From the IMG/VR virus record IMGVR_UViG_3300032322_001610, positions 1-58,002 of that record: 58,002 nucleotides of DNA; one strand, 5' to 3'. Origin of the DNA: a virus (Duplodnaviria > Caudoviricetes). Positions 56,218 through 58,002 of the stretch are shown one piece after another (the first letter of the stretch is position 1; each line of letters starts with the position of its first letter). The position numbers and the translations under genes were made by a program. The notes beneath the pieces are model-generated. The model was given only the letters and a program-made list of their open reading frames with translations, ran no database searches and was not told the origin of the DNA.

Positions 56218-56930
56218 CGCCCCCACTCCCCCGCCGCCGGAACCCGCGTGACCTTGTGCCCGCGGATGTCCACCGGTTTGGGCCGCTCGAAGGCTTCGGG
56301 GCCAATCACGATGTCGACGACCGCCACCGGCTTCTGCACGGCCTCGGTCAGGCCCTTGCCGGGGAACGCCGTATTCCACCGGTGGGCCGGAGGGGCCGAC
56401 TCTGCAACGCACTGCCTCTGCTTCTTCTTCGCTGCCTTGGCCGCCCTGCGCTGTTCGGAGCACCCAACGCACAACTTGCCAGTCGCCGTCGCCAGTGGAC
56501 CAGCGGACCCGCAGATTCGGCAGACCTTCGGCTTCGCCGCAGCCCTCGGCGCAATGCCCATCTCGCGGCGCTTCGCTTCCTTCGCCGCCCGGTCACAGGC
56601 AAGGCAGAGCGAGCCATATTGCGTGCGCGGCTCGTCGCACCGGGTGCATTTCTCCGGGTCGAAGTACTGACGCGGCGGAATGCCCTTGGCGCGAGCCCGC
56701 TGTGCGAGCATCTCGCGGTAGTGCTCCGCGCAAAGGGCGTACTGGATGCCTTCCCGGCGCGGCTCGTCGCAATGCTTGCACTTCGGTTGATATTTTCCTC
56801 CGCGCCGCTTGGCCGGCCCACGTCGCCGCTTGTCTTGCGCTCTTCGGTATTCGTTGAGATGCGCGTGACACAGCGGCATGGATGATTTCTCGTGGCGCGG
56901 TTGGTCGCAGAGGCGACAGGTGCGGGTCAT
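56214..56930 (-). CDS. Multi-Zn-finger basic protein
   Basis: Four CxxC...LCxx(H/C) units. Confidence 0.7.
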   Translation of the reverse strand: MTRTCRLCDQPRHEKSSMPLCHAHLNEYRRAQDKRRRGPAKRRGGKYQPKCKHCDEPRREGIQYALCAEHYREMLAQRARAKGIPPRQYFDPEKCTRCDEPRTQYGSLCLACDRAAKEAKRREMGIAPRAAAKPKVCRICGSAGPLATATGKLCVGCSEQRRAAKAAKKKQRQCVAESAPPAHRWNTAFPGKGLTEAVQKPVAVVDIVIGPEAFERPKPVDIRGHKVTRVPAAGEWGR

Positions 56931-57091
56931 CCCTTCACCGCCTTTCGCCATTCCTCCGGCGATGCCAGTTTCATGTACGCCGCAGGCCACGCCCAATCGG
57001 CCACGTTGCGGTAGATCAGGTCGATGATCTCGGCCTTGACCAAGGGGTCGGCGAGGGCGGCTTCTAGGTGCATCTGATTGATCGTCATTTC

Positions 57092-57565
57092 TCACTCCTG
57101 CCCCCTCGCCGCCGGTGGCTCCGGCATCCCCGGCAGCGGCAGGGCGTGGGTGGGGGTGCCCAGCAAATTTTGCCAACCCAGATCCCACGCCTCATGACGC
57201 CACCGCGCCTTGAACCAGTGCTCGAATCCGGGCTCCCACACCAGCCACCAATTCCAGTCCCGATGTTTCTCGCTGATCGGTTCCGGCGTAGTCAGCCGGC
57301 GCAATTCGCGGAGTTCGGCGAGCAGGGCGGGGAGGGCGTTGTGGGCGAGGGCGATGAGACGAGAGTCGGCAGCGCTGATAAACCCGGTGAGCCGAAACCC
57401 TCTATTTGTGCCGTCGTAGTATCCTTGGCCTGCTTCGATGGCCCAGTATCTTTCGTCCGGTTCATCGTCAATGCCAGCGTTCGGAACCAGCGTTATCTCT
57501 CCCGGCGTGGCCTTCGCTAGCGCCGCCTCCAGCGCGTCGAGTTCGTTATCTGTTAGTCGTTTCAT
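57092..57565 (-). CDS. Ead/Ea22-like accessory protein
   Basis: KATPG...[18 protein letters not shown]. Confidence 0.6.
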   Translation of the reverse strand: MKRLTDNELDALEAALAKATPGEITLVPNAGIDDEPDERYWAIEAGQGYYDGTNRGFRLTGFISAADSRLIALAHNALPALLAELRELRRLTTPEPISEKHRDWNWWLVWEPGFEHWFKARWRHEAWDLGWQNLLGTPTHALPLPGMPEPPAARGQE

Positions 57566-58002
57566 TGTTCCTCACCTCCAGCACGTCCCGGATCGCCCTC
57601 AAATAAACGCCGTACTCCGCAATCTGCTGCTCGGTGTAGCCAGCTTTGCGCCCCACAGCCTCGAATCGCTCCAGCCACTCGGCCAACGTCATGCGCTGGC
57701 AGCCTATGCGAATGTCGTCGTCAATGGCAACGATGCTGTCAAGGGATGCTTGAATGACGGCAACGTACTGCTTACATTGGCTCAGGTCCGCCCCGCGCAG
57801 GTTCGCCCCGCGCAGGTTCGCCCCGCGCAGGTCCGCCCCGCGCAGGTTCGCCCCGCGCAGGTTCGCCCCGCGCAGGTCCGCCTCGCTCAGGTCCGCCCCG
57901 CTCAGGTCCGCCCCGCGCAGGTCCGCCTCGCTCAGGTCCGCCTCGCTCAGGTCCGCCCCGCGCAGGTCCGCCTCGCTCAGGTCCGCCTCGCTCAGGTCCG
58001 CC
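57546..58002 (-). CDS. Pentapeptide-repeat protein, 3' part
   Basis: Repeats then ...[13 protein letters not shown]...; stop at 57546. Confidence 0.9.
   Translation of the reverse strand, partial: ADLSEADLSEADLRGADLSEADLSEADLRGADLSGADLSEADLRGANLRGANLRGADLRGANLRGANLRGADLSQCKQYVAVIQASLDSIVAIDDDIRIGCQRMTLAEWLERFEAVGRKAGYTEQQIAEYGVYLRAIRDVLEVRNNETTNR

Larger units (their letters stand above)
1..58002. mobile_element. Complete circularly permuted tailed bacteriophage genome, podovirus-like
   Basis: Terminase, portal, capsid, holin and replication genes; no host genes; first 109 bp equal last 109 bp and one gene runs in frame across the junction. Confidence 0.93.

Noticed and set aside
57894-58002. 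Biological direct terminal repeat
   Set aside because: Lies in the middle of a repetitive gene; more likely an assembly overlap
1-58002. tRNA genes or stop-codon reassignment
   Set aside because: No cloverleaf recognised by eye; core genes are intact in the standard code and use all three stops

Overview
Apparently complete, circularly permuted dsDNA tailed-phage genome (~57.9 kb; bases 1-109 are identical to 57894-58002), GC-rich, with podovirus-like architecture. The + strand arm (5399-36644) is the virion operon: terminase large subunit, portal, GroES, probable scaffold, major capsid, fibres, adaptor/nozzle, holin, metallophosphoesterase and large ejection-type proteins. The - strand carries (i) a run of small early genes ending in a tyrosine recombinase (43232->36753) and (ii) a replication/recombination/modification arm crossing the contig ends (5298->1, 58002->44671): RHH regulator, YqaJ exonuclease, annealing protein, SSB-like protein, pentapeptide-repeat protein, C5 and N4/N6 methyltransferases, SNF2-like helicase, VRR-NUC, intein-containing SF2 helicase and PrimPol-SF3 primase-helicase. 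A small terminase gene sits alone at 43339-43938 beside an origin-like region. No DNA polymerase, tRNA, CRISPR, reverse transcriptase or recognisable endolysin was seen. Most notable signals: a chain of four GTGA-overlapping minigenes built from a 26-bp repeat linking helicase to primase, a type II hammerhead ribozyme in the early transcript, a truncated beta-clamp homologue, a nested second methyltransferase subunit, a leaderless poly-Ile peptide with alternative hairpins, and an anti-SD-rich sRNA candidate. All calls come from motif reading by eye; no database searches were run.
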